64,000 nt of DNA from a virus. Made by a program: the position numbers and the translations under genes. The DNA lies in the IMG/VR virus record IMGVR_UViG_3300042449_000993, positions 64,001 to 128,000 of that record, one strand, 5' to 3'. This document shows positions 1 through 8,508 of this stretch, in pieces; the first letter of the stretch is position 1, and each line of letters begins with the position of its first letter. Below the pieces are notes generated by a model that searched no databases, was not told the DNA's origin, and saw only the letters and a program-made list of their open reading frames with translations.

Positions 1-1
1 G

Positions 2-3000
2 TCTGGTGCACAAGGCGTATCAGGTCCACAGGGAACTGGTCCGTCAGGTCCACAAGGAACTCAAGGTGTTTCTGGTCCAAGTGGTCCACAAGGAGATCCA
101 GGTGGTCCATCTGGTCCGTCAGGTCCACAAGGTCCGCAAGGTCCACCAAATGGTCCATCTGGTCCAAGTGGTCCACAAGGTCCTTCTGGTCCAACTGGTG
201 ACAAATATTCTACATCTAGTACATCGACATTTACGATTGCTCAAAATATAAACATCACGATTACAGTCGGCACTGGTTTATCTTGGACGCCTGGACGTGG
301 TGCTCTTATTCGACACGATGGATTTAACTTTATATACGGAAGTGTTGAAGCATATAATCCAGCCACTGGTGAATTTACATTCTTCTCAGATCCAATTCTT
401 GACTCTGCAGCAGGTGTAGGAAATTCATTTAGCAGTTGGAAAGTTGATGTTGCAATAATATTCTCAACAGTAGAAGGTCCTACTGGTCCATCAGGTGCTG
501 CATCTACCATTTCTGGTCCAACTGGTCCGTCAGGTCCATCGGGTCCATCTGGCGCTGCCTCTACAGTTTCTGGACCATCAGGTCCGAGTGGTCCAAGAGG
601 TGCATCAGGTCCATCTGGTCCATCAGGTCCACAAGGACCAAATGATGCAGCATCAATCAATTACATCCAAGATGGCACAGGTGCTGTTAGCAGAACAGTT
701 CAAGCAGGATTGAGAGATCGAATTAGTGTATTTGATTTCATGACAACTGCTGAAATCACCGATGTTGAAAATAGATCGTTTACTCTTGATGTAACATCAA
801 AAATTAAAGCAGCGATCGACGCTGCATCAGCACAAAGAAAAGATCTGTTCATTCCAGCAGGATTGTATAAGATCGTTCCAGCAACAGCATCTGAGTGGGC
901 TGGTGGTGCTGCTGACTCTGGTCCAGTTTATGTTGCATTTACAATACAAAATAATATGTCTATTGTTGCTGAGGAAGGTGCAGTATTTAAACTTGCAGAC
1001 AATTTCTCAGTTGTTGGTGCTGTGAAAGCGCATGCGATGTTCTTTACAAATGTCCCAACTGCAAATGTCTCCTTCTATGGTTTGACAATGGACATGAATG
1101 GAAATAACAATGATGGTATCGCGCCATTCCCTGGAGACAATAATCCACAAATCTTTATTAGTGGTAAAACACCACGCTATTCTATTCCATCAAGAAGAGC
1201 AACAAGCACCTCAACCAACACAATTGGAACAGGATCAAAATCATTCACCATAGAAACTGGTAAAAGTTTTAGTGTTGGTGAAGATATTGGTATGTTAGTT
1301 GCTTCAGGAACTGGAGCATCATTATGGTCTATGCATGGAACCGTCACATCGTATAATAGTGGCAGCGGTGCTCTAGTGGTAAATGTAACTCAAACTAGCA
1401 TATATGGAGTTGGTCAAAGCGTCGGTGGAAGTTCTGGTGGCGCGCCTCGTTGGGCAATTGGTGATGGTATTGGAGCATATATTGACGATGTTGTAATTGA
1501 AAAGTGCATCTTCTTGAATAATATGGGTAAAACTGTTCTTGGTTGTGCTCAATTAGATGGCGCAACGAAAATAAAATTAGGAAAAAATTGGAAAGTTCTG
1601 AACTGCACATTTAAAAATAATGGTAAACGTGCTGCGGACCACTCAACATTTTACGGTATGGTTGATGATTTGACTGTAGAAGGATGTTCATTCACAGCAG
1701 ATTCAATGTTCCCAAATGGTTCAACTGGACCATATGCTGATGGTGGTGGAACAATAACATGTGGTACACTTGTTGCGATTGAAACTCACGGAAGCAATCA
1801 CAGATATAGTAACAATTTATTTGAAAATTACTATCAAGGATTTTGGATTGCCTCAAACGGAGCATTTGAAGCAAACAATATTGTAATTGCGCAAAATAAT
1901 TTCAAAGTATTGACTTATGGAATGGGTTCGTATAGACGCGAAGGTGGTCCAACAATTATTCGAAATGTGAATATTTCTGACAATACATTCATATATGACA
2001 ATACTTCTAGCGCAGATGGCGTTCCTAAAGTGGGTGTTCTTATTGCTGAAGATGAAGAGATTGAAGATTGGAGCATCTGTAACAACATTGCTAGAAAAGA
2101 AGTGCCTGCTGGGCAATCAAATTATCAATCTTATTTTATAGGAATATTCACTGCACGTGTAAGCGGCGTGATGGATCGAATTGTTATTGATGGTAACTAT
2201 TGCACTGGATTTGCTCGCGGCATTGTTTTGTATAGTGCTGTATCAGGAAAGAGTTTAGGAACAATTCGAATCACGAACAATACCATTTTAAATCCAAACA
2301 CCACTTCATCATTCCCATCTGGTGCATATGGAATTTTGGCTTATACAACTGGTGGTGCATCTACAGTCAAAGAATTAATTATCGATAATAACTCATTTAT
2401 TGATAATCGTGCTTCGCCACAAATGCAATATGGGATTAGATTATCTGGTGATTGGACAGTTAATAATCTTTGGAGAGATGGGAACAAATACTATGGATCA
2501 ACAGTAGCAGATTTTGATTCAACTGGAGCGGTTATCACAAATACACGATCTGCAGATGGCGGTGGTGCAACTGGTCCGCAAGGCGCACAAGGTCCATCTG
2601 GTCCAACTGGTGCACAAGGCTCACAAGGACCAAGTGGACCAACATCAGGTGCTTCAAGCATCACGAATTTCACACCAACTTGGTATAATCAAGAATTTGG
2701 TTCTCCGCAAACAGCTGTAACGATTGGAAACGGAAACAACGTTGGGTATTATAGTTTGAATGGAAATGAAGTTACAGTTGTCGCAACATTATTGTTGGGA
2801 AGTACAACAAGTATTGCCACCAAATCAACATCAGGATATGTATATCTTGCATTACCCTTTGCCTCTGCTTATGCAGGATTAAGTTATAATGGTGTCTGGA
2901 GAATTTACGACGATAGTGTCGCTAAATTTTATAGTGGATCTGCGTTTGTCGATGGTGGTGGTAGTACTGTCTCTTTGGCTGTTGATAATGGTTTGTTCGT

Positions 3001-3085
3001 TCGAAATGCTGCAGGTTCTGAGAATCCTGTAAATTTTGCTGCGGGAGACGCATTGTCCGTGCAATTAACATATTTCAAGACATAA
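2..3085 (+). CDS. Collagen-like tail fibre / tailspike with pectate-lyase-like beta-helix (5'-truncated by the window edge)
   Basis: Frame is open from position 2 into the listed 710..3085 ORF; Gly-X-Y repeats (GPSGPQG); tailspike linker [26 protein letters not shown]; DLFIPAGLY; many I-x-x-N-x-F beta-helix rungs. Confidence 0.8.
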   Translation, partial: SGAQGVSGPQGTGPSGPQGTQGVSGPSGPQGDPGGPSGPSGPQGPQGPPNGPSGPSGPQGPSGPTGDKYSTSSTSTFTIAQNINITITVGTGLSWTPGRGALIRHDGFNFIYGSVEAYNPATGEFTFFSDPILDSAAGVGNSFSSWKVDVAIIFSTVEGPTGPSGAASTISGPTGPSGPSGPSGAASTVSGPSGPSGPRGASGPSGPSGPQGPNDAASINYIQDGTGAVSRTVQAGLRDRISVFDFMTTAEITDVENRSFTLDVTSKIKAAIDAASAQRKDLFIPAGLYKIVPATASEWAGGAADSGPVYVAFTIQNNMSIVAEEGAVFKLADNFSVVGAVKAHAMFFTNVPTANVSFYGLTMDMNGNNNDGIAPFPGDNNPQIFISGKTPRYSIPSRRATSTSTNTIGTGSKSFTIETGKSFSVGEDIGMLVASGTGASLWSMHGTVTSYNSGSGALVVNVTQTSIYGVGQSVGGSSGGAPRWAIGDGIGAYIDDVVIEKCIFLNNMGKTVLGCAQLDGATKIKLGKNWKVLNCTFKNNGKRAADHSTFYGMVDDLTVEGCSFTADSMFPNGSTGPYADGGGTITCGTLVAIETHGSNHRYSNNLFENYYQGFWIASNGAFEANNIVIAQNNFKVLTYGMGSYRREGGPTIIRNVNISDNTFIYDNTSSADGVPKVGVLIAEDEEIEDWSICNNIARKEVPAGQSNYQSYFIGIFTARVSGVMDRIVIDGNYCTGFARGIVLYSAVSGKSLGTIRITNNTILNPNTTSSFPSGAYGILAYTTGGASTVKELIIDNNSFIDNRASPQMQYGIRLSGDWTVNNLWRDGNKYYGSTVADFDSTGAVITNTRSADGGGATGPQGAQGPSGPTGAQGSQGPSGPTSGASSITNFTPTWYNQEFGSPQTAVTIGNGNNVGYYSLNGNEVTVVATLLLGSTTSIATKSTSGYVYLALPFASAYAGLSYNGVWRIYDDSVAKFYSGSAFVDGGGSTVSLAVDNGLFVRNAAGSENPVNFAAGDALSVQLTYFKT

Positions 3086-3090
3086 TCAAC

Positions 3091-3146
3091 TTGATTTTGG
3101 CGTAAATTTAACGTAGAATATAGGGATGTTTCGATCCTTATAAATA
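3091..3146 (+). promoter_or_regulatory. Sigma70-like promoter (TTGATT-17-TAGAAT, 3091-3119) followed by T4 late promoter TATAAATA (3139-3146)
   Basis: Motifs read directly in the gap upstream of 3170. Confidence 0.6.
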
Positions 3147-3169
3147 TAAAAAAGATTTTTGGGATTACT

Positions 3170-4339
3170 ATGTCAGATTTAAATAAAACTTGGCTCCCTG
3201 GACCTTCGAGAGGAACGACTACCGTAACCTCTCCAGGAAACGTTACAATCCCATATGGTCGTTTTGTTGGTACAGTTTCAGGAAAGGGTGCTCCTGGAAA
3301 CTCTCCAGTAACAGCAGGTTGGGTGACAAACTATAACACCAATTATAATGTTGCGTATCCAATCGCCAATCAGCCGATCGCAAATCAGCCACTGGCGAAT
3401 CAGCCAGCAACTGCTTGGACAACCAATTACAATACAAACTATAACACCAATTATAATGTTGCGTACCCAATCGCGAATCAACCAATCGCCAATCGTCCAA
3501 TCGCAAATCAACCAGCAACTGCTTGGACAACAAACTACAATACCAATTATAATACGAACTATTTCGTAACATATCCATTTGCTGGATTCGGTTTTGGACA
3601 CTTCTCGTTTGGTGGAAATAATCCAGGTGTTTATTTCGTGAACTCTTATCGATATTGGACTTACGGTATCTATCAAAACCAAGCTGGTCCTCCAGGATAT
3701 GTTCAAAGTACCAGTTACAACTTCGACGACTCTCAATGTCCATCGCACTTTGCATTCGATCAAACAAATCCATTACAATATCAGTGGCACTGGGTTTACT
3801 TTCAATGCTGGCATCAATTTGCACCAGGAAATGCATTCTTTTTCACAAATTACAATACAGAATATAACGTCGCATATCCTGTTGCAAATCAACCAGTGGC
3901 AAATCAACCAATTGCAAACCAGCCTATAACTGCTTGGACGACAAACTATAATACCAATTATAATACGAACTACAACGTTGCTTATCCAATTGCCAACCAA
4001 CCAATCGCAACTCAGCCACTGGCGAATCAACCAATAACTGCTTGGACGACAAACTATAATACAAATTATAATACCAACTACAATGTCGCGTATCCAATTG
4101 CGAATCAACCAATTGCAAATCAACCAGCCACAGGATTTACTCCTGGAAACATTGGTGCTTCTGCTTCTGCTCTTGGTGTGACATTACCTGGCGGTGCAGT
4201 TGGTAATGTGATTGATGGTGGTCCAATTCCAGCGACACCAATTTCACCAACAACAGTAAGTTACTGGACTTACCCAGATAATTCAACATATCCTGTTACA
4301 GCCCCTTCTGGATCGGAAGTCGTAATTAAACTTGAATAA
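3170..4339 (+). CDS. Repeat-rich putative virion adhesin/fibre protein (WTTNYNTNYN / YPIANQPIANQP repeats flanking an aromatic-rich core)
   Basis: 389 aa ORF after a late promoter; two repeat blocks around a F/Y/W-rich segment. Confidence 0.6.
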   Translation: MSDLNKTWLPGPSRGTTTVTSPGNVTIPYGRFVGTVSGKGAPGNSPVTAGWVTNYNTNYNVAYPIANQPIANQPLANQPATAWTTNYNTNYNTNYNVAYPIANQPIANRPIANQPATAWTTNYNTNYNTNYFVTYPFAGFGFGHFSFGGNNPGVYFVNSYRYWTYGIYQNQAGPPGYVQSTSYNFDDSQCPSHFAFDQTNPLQYQWHWVYFQCWHQFAPGNAFFFTNYNTEYNVAYPVANQPVANQPIANQPITAWTTNYNTNYNTNYNVAYPIANQPIATQPLANQPITAWTTNYNTNYNTNYNVAYPIANQPIANQPATGFTPGNIGASASALGVTLPGGAVGNVIDGGPIPATPISPTTVSYWTYPDNSTYPVTAPSGSEVVIKLE

Positions 4340-4363
4340 TTAATTGAGAGTGGAGTGAATATT

Positions 4364-4954
4364 ATGTTTAAGATTGATAAATTCAAAAGACAGTTTCCTA
4401 AATTCTGTCATGTTGAACAAGTCTTTTCTAAAGAAGAAGTAAAAAGAATTTATGATTTGGAAGATTTAGAAAAATTCCGAAGAGGAATGGTTGGATCTAA
4501 TAATTCTGAAGGTGAGGTTAAACTCGAATCTCGAGATTCTGAGATTATGTGGGTTAATCCTAATCATGAATCAGGTTGGATCTTTGATCGTTTTGCTCAA
4601 GTCTTAGCAAACGTGAACTATGATTTCTTCAATAGTAATATTAATCATATGGGTCCATTTCAATATACTCTTTATCGCGAAAATCAATATTATAACTGGC
4701 ATGTTGATTCAGATTCCATGTATGCTGATTTAACTCGAAAAATTAGTGCAACAATTATGTTATCTGATGCTTCTGATTATGTTGGTGGTGAGTTCGAATT
4801 GATTGCAAATGGTAATGTGGAACAGCCAATAATGCTTCGACCAAATGCAGGTGATATTATTTTCTTCGCCTCTCACATGCCTCATCGTGTTCGAGCAGTT
4901 ACACAAGGTGTGCGGAAATCGCTAGTGAATTGGATATATGGACCATGGGATTAA
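4364..4954 (+). CDS. 2OG-Fe(II) oxygenase, prolyl-4-hydroxylase/PKHD-like
   Basis: YNWHVD (HxD), RKISATIMLS, YVGGEFE, PHRVRAV, RKSLVNW; GGAG RBS favours ATG 4364. Confidence 0.85.
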   Translation: MFKIDKFKRQFPKFCHVEQVFSKEEVKRIYDLEDLEKFRRGMVGSNNSEGEVKLESRDSEIMWVNPNHESGWIFDRFAQVLANVNYDFFNSNINHMGPFQYTLYRENQYYNWHVDSDSMYADLTRKISATIMLSDASDYVGGEFELIANGNVEQPIMLRPNAGDIIFFASHMPHRVRAVTQGVRKSLVNWIYGPWD

Positions 4955-4964
4955 TGGATAAATT

Positions 4965-5711
4965 ATGGATCTCTCAAAGTTCACAAAACTCAAGTTTTGG
5001 TCAAATAACATCATTGAATTTTATTGTAGAAAAGAATTCGAAGGTGTAATTCCTGAACCAAAACCAGCAGCGAAATACTTTCCAGAATGGTTTAAAAATC
5101 TAGAACCATACATTGCTGCTAGAGATAAAAGCAGTGGTGATAAAAGAATCATGACTGCGAAAAGATGTCTGCCTCTCATCGATGCAATGTCATTGGGTTT
5201 TGTTATCCCTCTTGCTGCTGATTGCCACGTTTTAACAAATCATGACAATTCTCAAATACTTTTTAATGGATTGGCTGGATCATTCCCAATTATTGAATCT
5301 CATGATAAGCGACAAGTCGGAGGTCACAGCACAATTAAAAGAAATAATGGAGATGCTCTTAAATTCCTAAATTATTGGGTTGTGAAAACTGCTCCAGGAT
5401 GGTCAAGCCTTTTTATTCCTCCGATTAATAATTTCTCACAGCCGTTTACCTGTTTAGGTGGAATGGTTGATACTGACAAATATACAAAAGAAGTGAATTT
5501 TCCAGCAGTTTGGCATGCTCATAATTTTGATGGAATGATTTATGCAGGAACACCGCTTATTACTGTAATACCAATTAAAAGAAATATTTTTGATAAGAAA
5601 CCTGTTATTCGAAAAATGACTAAAAAAGAACAAGAAACTCATAATCAAATGAATCGAATTCAAAATAGTCGTCTTAGTTATTATACAAATGAGTTGAGGG
5701 TTAAGAAATGA
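4965..5711 (+). CDS. Conserved phage protein (DUF6065-like)
   Basis: PKPAAKYFPEWFK, TAKRCLPLIDAMSLGFVIP, WVVKTAPGWSSLF, GMVDTDKY, GTPLITVIP. Confidence 0.55.
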   Translation: MDLSKFTKLKFWSNNIIEFYCRKEFEGVIPEPKPAAKYFPEWFKNLEPYIAARDKSSGDKRIMTAKRCLPLIDAMSLGFVIPLAADCHVLTNHDNSQILFNGLAGSFPIIESHDKRQVGGHSTIKRNNGDALKFLNYWVVKTAPGWSSLFIPPINNFSQPFTCLGGMVDTDKYTKEVNFPAVWHAHNFDGMIYAGTPLITVIPIKRNIFDKKPVIRKMTKKEQETHNQMNRIQNSRLSYYTNELRVKK

Positions 5712-6493
5712 GATTTATTAAGTATTTTATGGGTGATAATAATGACATTTTGGACAATGGCATTCATCCAAAAAAAGACGATATTGAGTTTATCTGTTTC
5801 ATGGGTCAGGCTGCGTCTCATGAACAAACTCGAGTTAAACTTGCAAAAGAAGTCGACACAAAATTTAAAAAGTATCAAGTCGAAAAGCATGGATCGTACA
5901 CCTTTGCTCAATGTCCAGGAATGTTAGATTATTCCCGTCTAGGATATATCATTCCAGCATGGACCAACTTTGAGTTCATGTACAACTCTGCAGGTGTAGA
6001 GATATTTGATGGAACAATCGATTCTAGAGTTCGCTCTAAAATTCCATTAAGAGGATTCGATCCAACTATTTTCGATGGCGCAATTAAAAACGACGATGGA
6101 TCTAAAACTGAAATCTATAACATTCAAGCACCTTGGCATATTCGATGCAAGCCTGGAGTCCATATGATGATTATGCCTGCATTCTATCATAGCAATATTC
6201 TAGATGATTTTCATATCCTTCCAGGTGTTATTGATTATGGTAGCGGATTTCATACGATTAATTTCTTAACTGGACCAAAGAGATATGGTCAGTTTAAGAT
6301 TATGATGGGCGAGCCTCTATTCCACATCATTCCTCTCAAGAATGTCCCATTCACTGCTTCTTATGGACTTGTTGATAATTATAAAAATGTCTATAAAGAA
6401 GATGAGTTTTTTGGTAAAATTAAGAGTTTCTATAGAAAATTTTATTGCGGAAAGAGAAAATTCTCCTTACGAAAGGAGATGGGAGATAAATGA
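5708..6493 (+). CDS. Paralogue of the upstream gene (DUF6065-like)
   Basis: Same motif order: CPGMLDYSRLGYIIP, PWHIRCKPG, PGVIDY, GEPLFHIIP. Confidence 0.5.
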   Translation: MRFIKYFMGDNNDILDNGIHPKKDDIEFICFMGQAASHEQTRVKLAKEVDTKFKKYQVEKHGSYTFAQCPGMLDYSRLGYIIPAWTNFEFMYNSAGVEIFDGTIDSRVRSKIPLRGFDPTIFDGAIKNDDGSKTEIYNIQAPWHIRCKPGVHMMIMPAFYHSNILDDFHILPGVIDYGSGFHTINFLTGPKRYGQFKIMMGEPLFHIIPLKNVPFTASYGLVDNYKNVYKEDEFFGKIKSFYRKFYCGKRKFSLRKEMGDK

Positions 6494-7473
6494 AAACTAT
6501 TTTCGTAAGCATTGCTTCATATAGAGATAAACTTCTTTTAGCAACTCTGAACTCATTAAGGCAAAATGAGTCTGGTCGAAATAAGATCGTTTATGGTGTT
6601 TTCGAACAGACCAAAAAAGAAGACAGTTTAGAGACAAAAGCACCAGAGTTGCTAGACAATGCTGCGATTCGATACAAAAGAATAGACCCAGAATATGCTG
6701 ATGGAGTCGTCTGGGCTCGAGCAATCAACGCCATGCAGCACTATGATGAAGAGTTTTTCTATCAGATCGACTCTCATATGCTCTTTGATAAAGACTGGGA
6801 TAACACTCTTTTGTGGGACTATCAACAAGCATCTAGGCTTGCAAATAACCCTAAAGTTATTTTAACAACAGGCACGAAGAATTTCGAGTATTTCTCAAAT
6901 TATATCACAAAACATACACTAACTCGTGATATAACAGTGAATTTTAAGTATTGGCAATTTGATAAGGAATTATGTCTAAAGGTTCATGGTCCTTGGATTG
7001 CCGCGACTGATACTGTTGTTCCTGGAATCCATACGATCGCAGGTAACTTTTTCGCACCTGCTACCTGGATTAAAGATGTCGGATTCAACACTAGATTGTT
7101 TTTTGAGTATGAAGAACAATATATGTCTCTTACATCCATATTGGCTGGATATAAAATCTATCATCAGAGAAAGATCCAATGCTATCATTATCTGGATTCT
7201 GCGAAATCAACAACTCGCCAAGAGAACGATCCAGTTCGTCCGTCGAAGATCTTTGACAATAAGAAGCGAGAGAAGGAGGAATTTATCAATTATATATACT
7301 CTTTAGGTGAGGAGAAACTTGAAGAATATCGAAGATTGACAGGAGTTGATTATATAAATAGAAAATTAGAAGAGCGCGCAATCACCAGAACCGTTCCTCC
7401 AACAATTCCTGTTGATTGGGAATTGCCTCAACCACCAGAACCAGCAAAAGACGAAGAGAAAAATGAGCCTTGA
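6490..7473 (+). CDS. GT60-like glycosyltransferase ([Skp1]-hydroxyproline GlcNAc transferase family)
   Basis: N-terminal TIFVSIASYRD, GVVWAR, YQIDSHMLFDKDWD, AGNFFA, FFEYEE motifs typical of the Gnt1/GT60 family. Confidence 0.8.
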   Translation: MKTIFVSIASYRDKLLLATLNSLRQNESGRNKIVYGVFEQTKKEDSLETKAPELLDNAAIRYKRIDPEYADGVVWARAINAMQHYDEEFFYQIDSHMLFDKDWDNTLLWDYQQASRLANNPKVILTTGTKNFEYFSNYITKHTLTRDITVNFKYWQFDKELCLKVHGPWIAATDTVVPGIHTIAGNFFAPATWIKDVGFNTRLFFEYEEQYMSLTSILAGYKIYHQRKIQCYHYLDSAKSTTRQENDPVRPSKIFDNKKREKEEFINYIYSLGEEKLEEYRRLTGVDYINRKLEERAITRTVPPTIPVDWELPQPPEPAKDEEKNEP

Positions 7474-8149
7474 AAATGATTTTAAAGAAGTATTTTCATA
7501 TTCAATGCATGCTGGTGGTGGGACCAATCTAAATTTCGATGACATTGATAAAAATCTCTATAATACTCGAAAAATTGATCGATACTTTCTAGAAGGTATC
7601 AAGATCGACCCAAAGATCCACTCTACTCAAATGTTTTTAGCCAATAGTTTTTATTTTCTAGTGGCTGGAGAGATTGATATTAAATATCAAGACGGATCCG
7701 ACGATCGCGTTTCTGGTTCTTATTATAATTCGAATGATTGGGTTTCCTATAAAAAATTCTGGACTGAGAATAAGCCATGTAAGATTATTCCTTCTCAGAA
7801 TGCATGTTTATATAAAATTCAGAGAATAAAAGAAATACAGAATGATTCGCCTCTCAACGATCTATCAAACTTAAATGTGATAGTTAAAAAAGTGAGTGCA
7901 GATAACGTTTCTTTCACTACAACAGGTAATAGCATTCTTCTAGTGTTTAATGCTAGCATGGAAGAATTTACTTTAAGAAATGAAACAATTGTGTTTAATA
8001 CCTCAACTGAATCTGATTATTGCGAAATTCTTATTGACAAGAATCCGCAGTTTATAAAATTTAAAAATTATTATAGATTCTCAGTTAACGGAAATTGCAC
8101 ATTTTCTACTGCAAACTCTTGTCATTTAGTTTTGTTGACACCAAAGTAA
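7463..8149 (+). CDS. Hypothetical protein
   Basis: ORF, start re-assigned to ATG 7463 (MSLEND); TATAAATA at 7353-7360 upstream. Confidence 0.55.
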   Translation: MSLENDFKEVFSYSMHAGGGTNLNFDDIDKNLYNTRKIDRYFLEGIKIDPKIHSTQMFLANSFYFLVAGEIDIKYQDGSDDRVSGSYYNSNDWVSYKKFWTENKPCKIIPSQNACLYKIQRIKEIQNDSPLNDLSNLNVIVKKVSADNVSFTTTGNSILLVFNASMEEFTLRNETIVFNTSTESDYCEILIDKNPQFIKFKNYYRFSVNGNCTFSTANSCHLVLLTPK

Positions 8150-8165
8150 AGAATAGGAAAATAGC

Positions 8166-8504
8166 ATGGCAAGTCAAGTAGAATTATTTTGCGATCAAGG
8201 ATCTACATTTTCCTACACGATAGATATTGCAAATGACGACGGCACAAAAATTAATGTTGCTGGATATTCATTCTCATCATCTATTCGTAAATCATATTAT
8301 TCAAATAAAGTTGCTGCGAATTTAACCGTGGCAACTACAGACGCCGCAAACGGAAACGTTGCATTATCTATGAATGCAGCAACTACAGCAAACATTAAAG
8401 CTGGCAGATATCTTTATGACGTTAGAATGGTAGACACATCAAATGTTGTTACACGTGTGATTGAAGGAGTCATTACTGTCTACCCACAAGTAACAAAGTC
8501 ATAA
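8166..8504 (+). CDS. Small virion structural/adaptor protein common in T4-like aquatic phages
   Basis: DQGSTFS...IRKSYYS...AGRYLYDV...RVIEGVITVYPQVT; lies directly before the fibre genes. Confidence 0.6.
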   Translation: MASQVELFCDQGSTFSYTIDIANDDGTKINVAGYSFSSSIRKSYYSNKVAANLTVATTDAANGNVALSMNAATTANIKAGRYLYDVRMVDTSNVVTRVIEGVITVYPQVTKS

Positions 8505-8508
8505 AGAA

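Noticed and set aside
6-713. Short ORFs 6..251, 241..660 and 495..713
   Set aside because: Out-of-frame readings of the collagen repeats; the real frame runs from position 2 to 3085.
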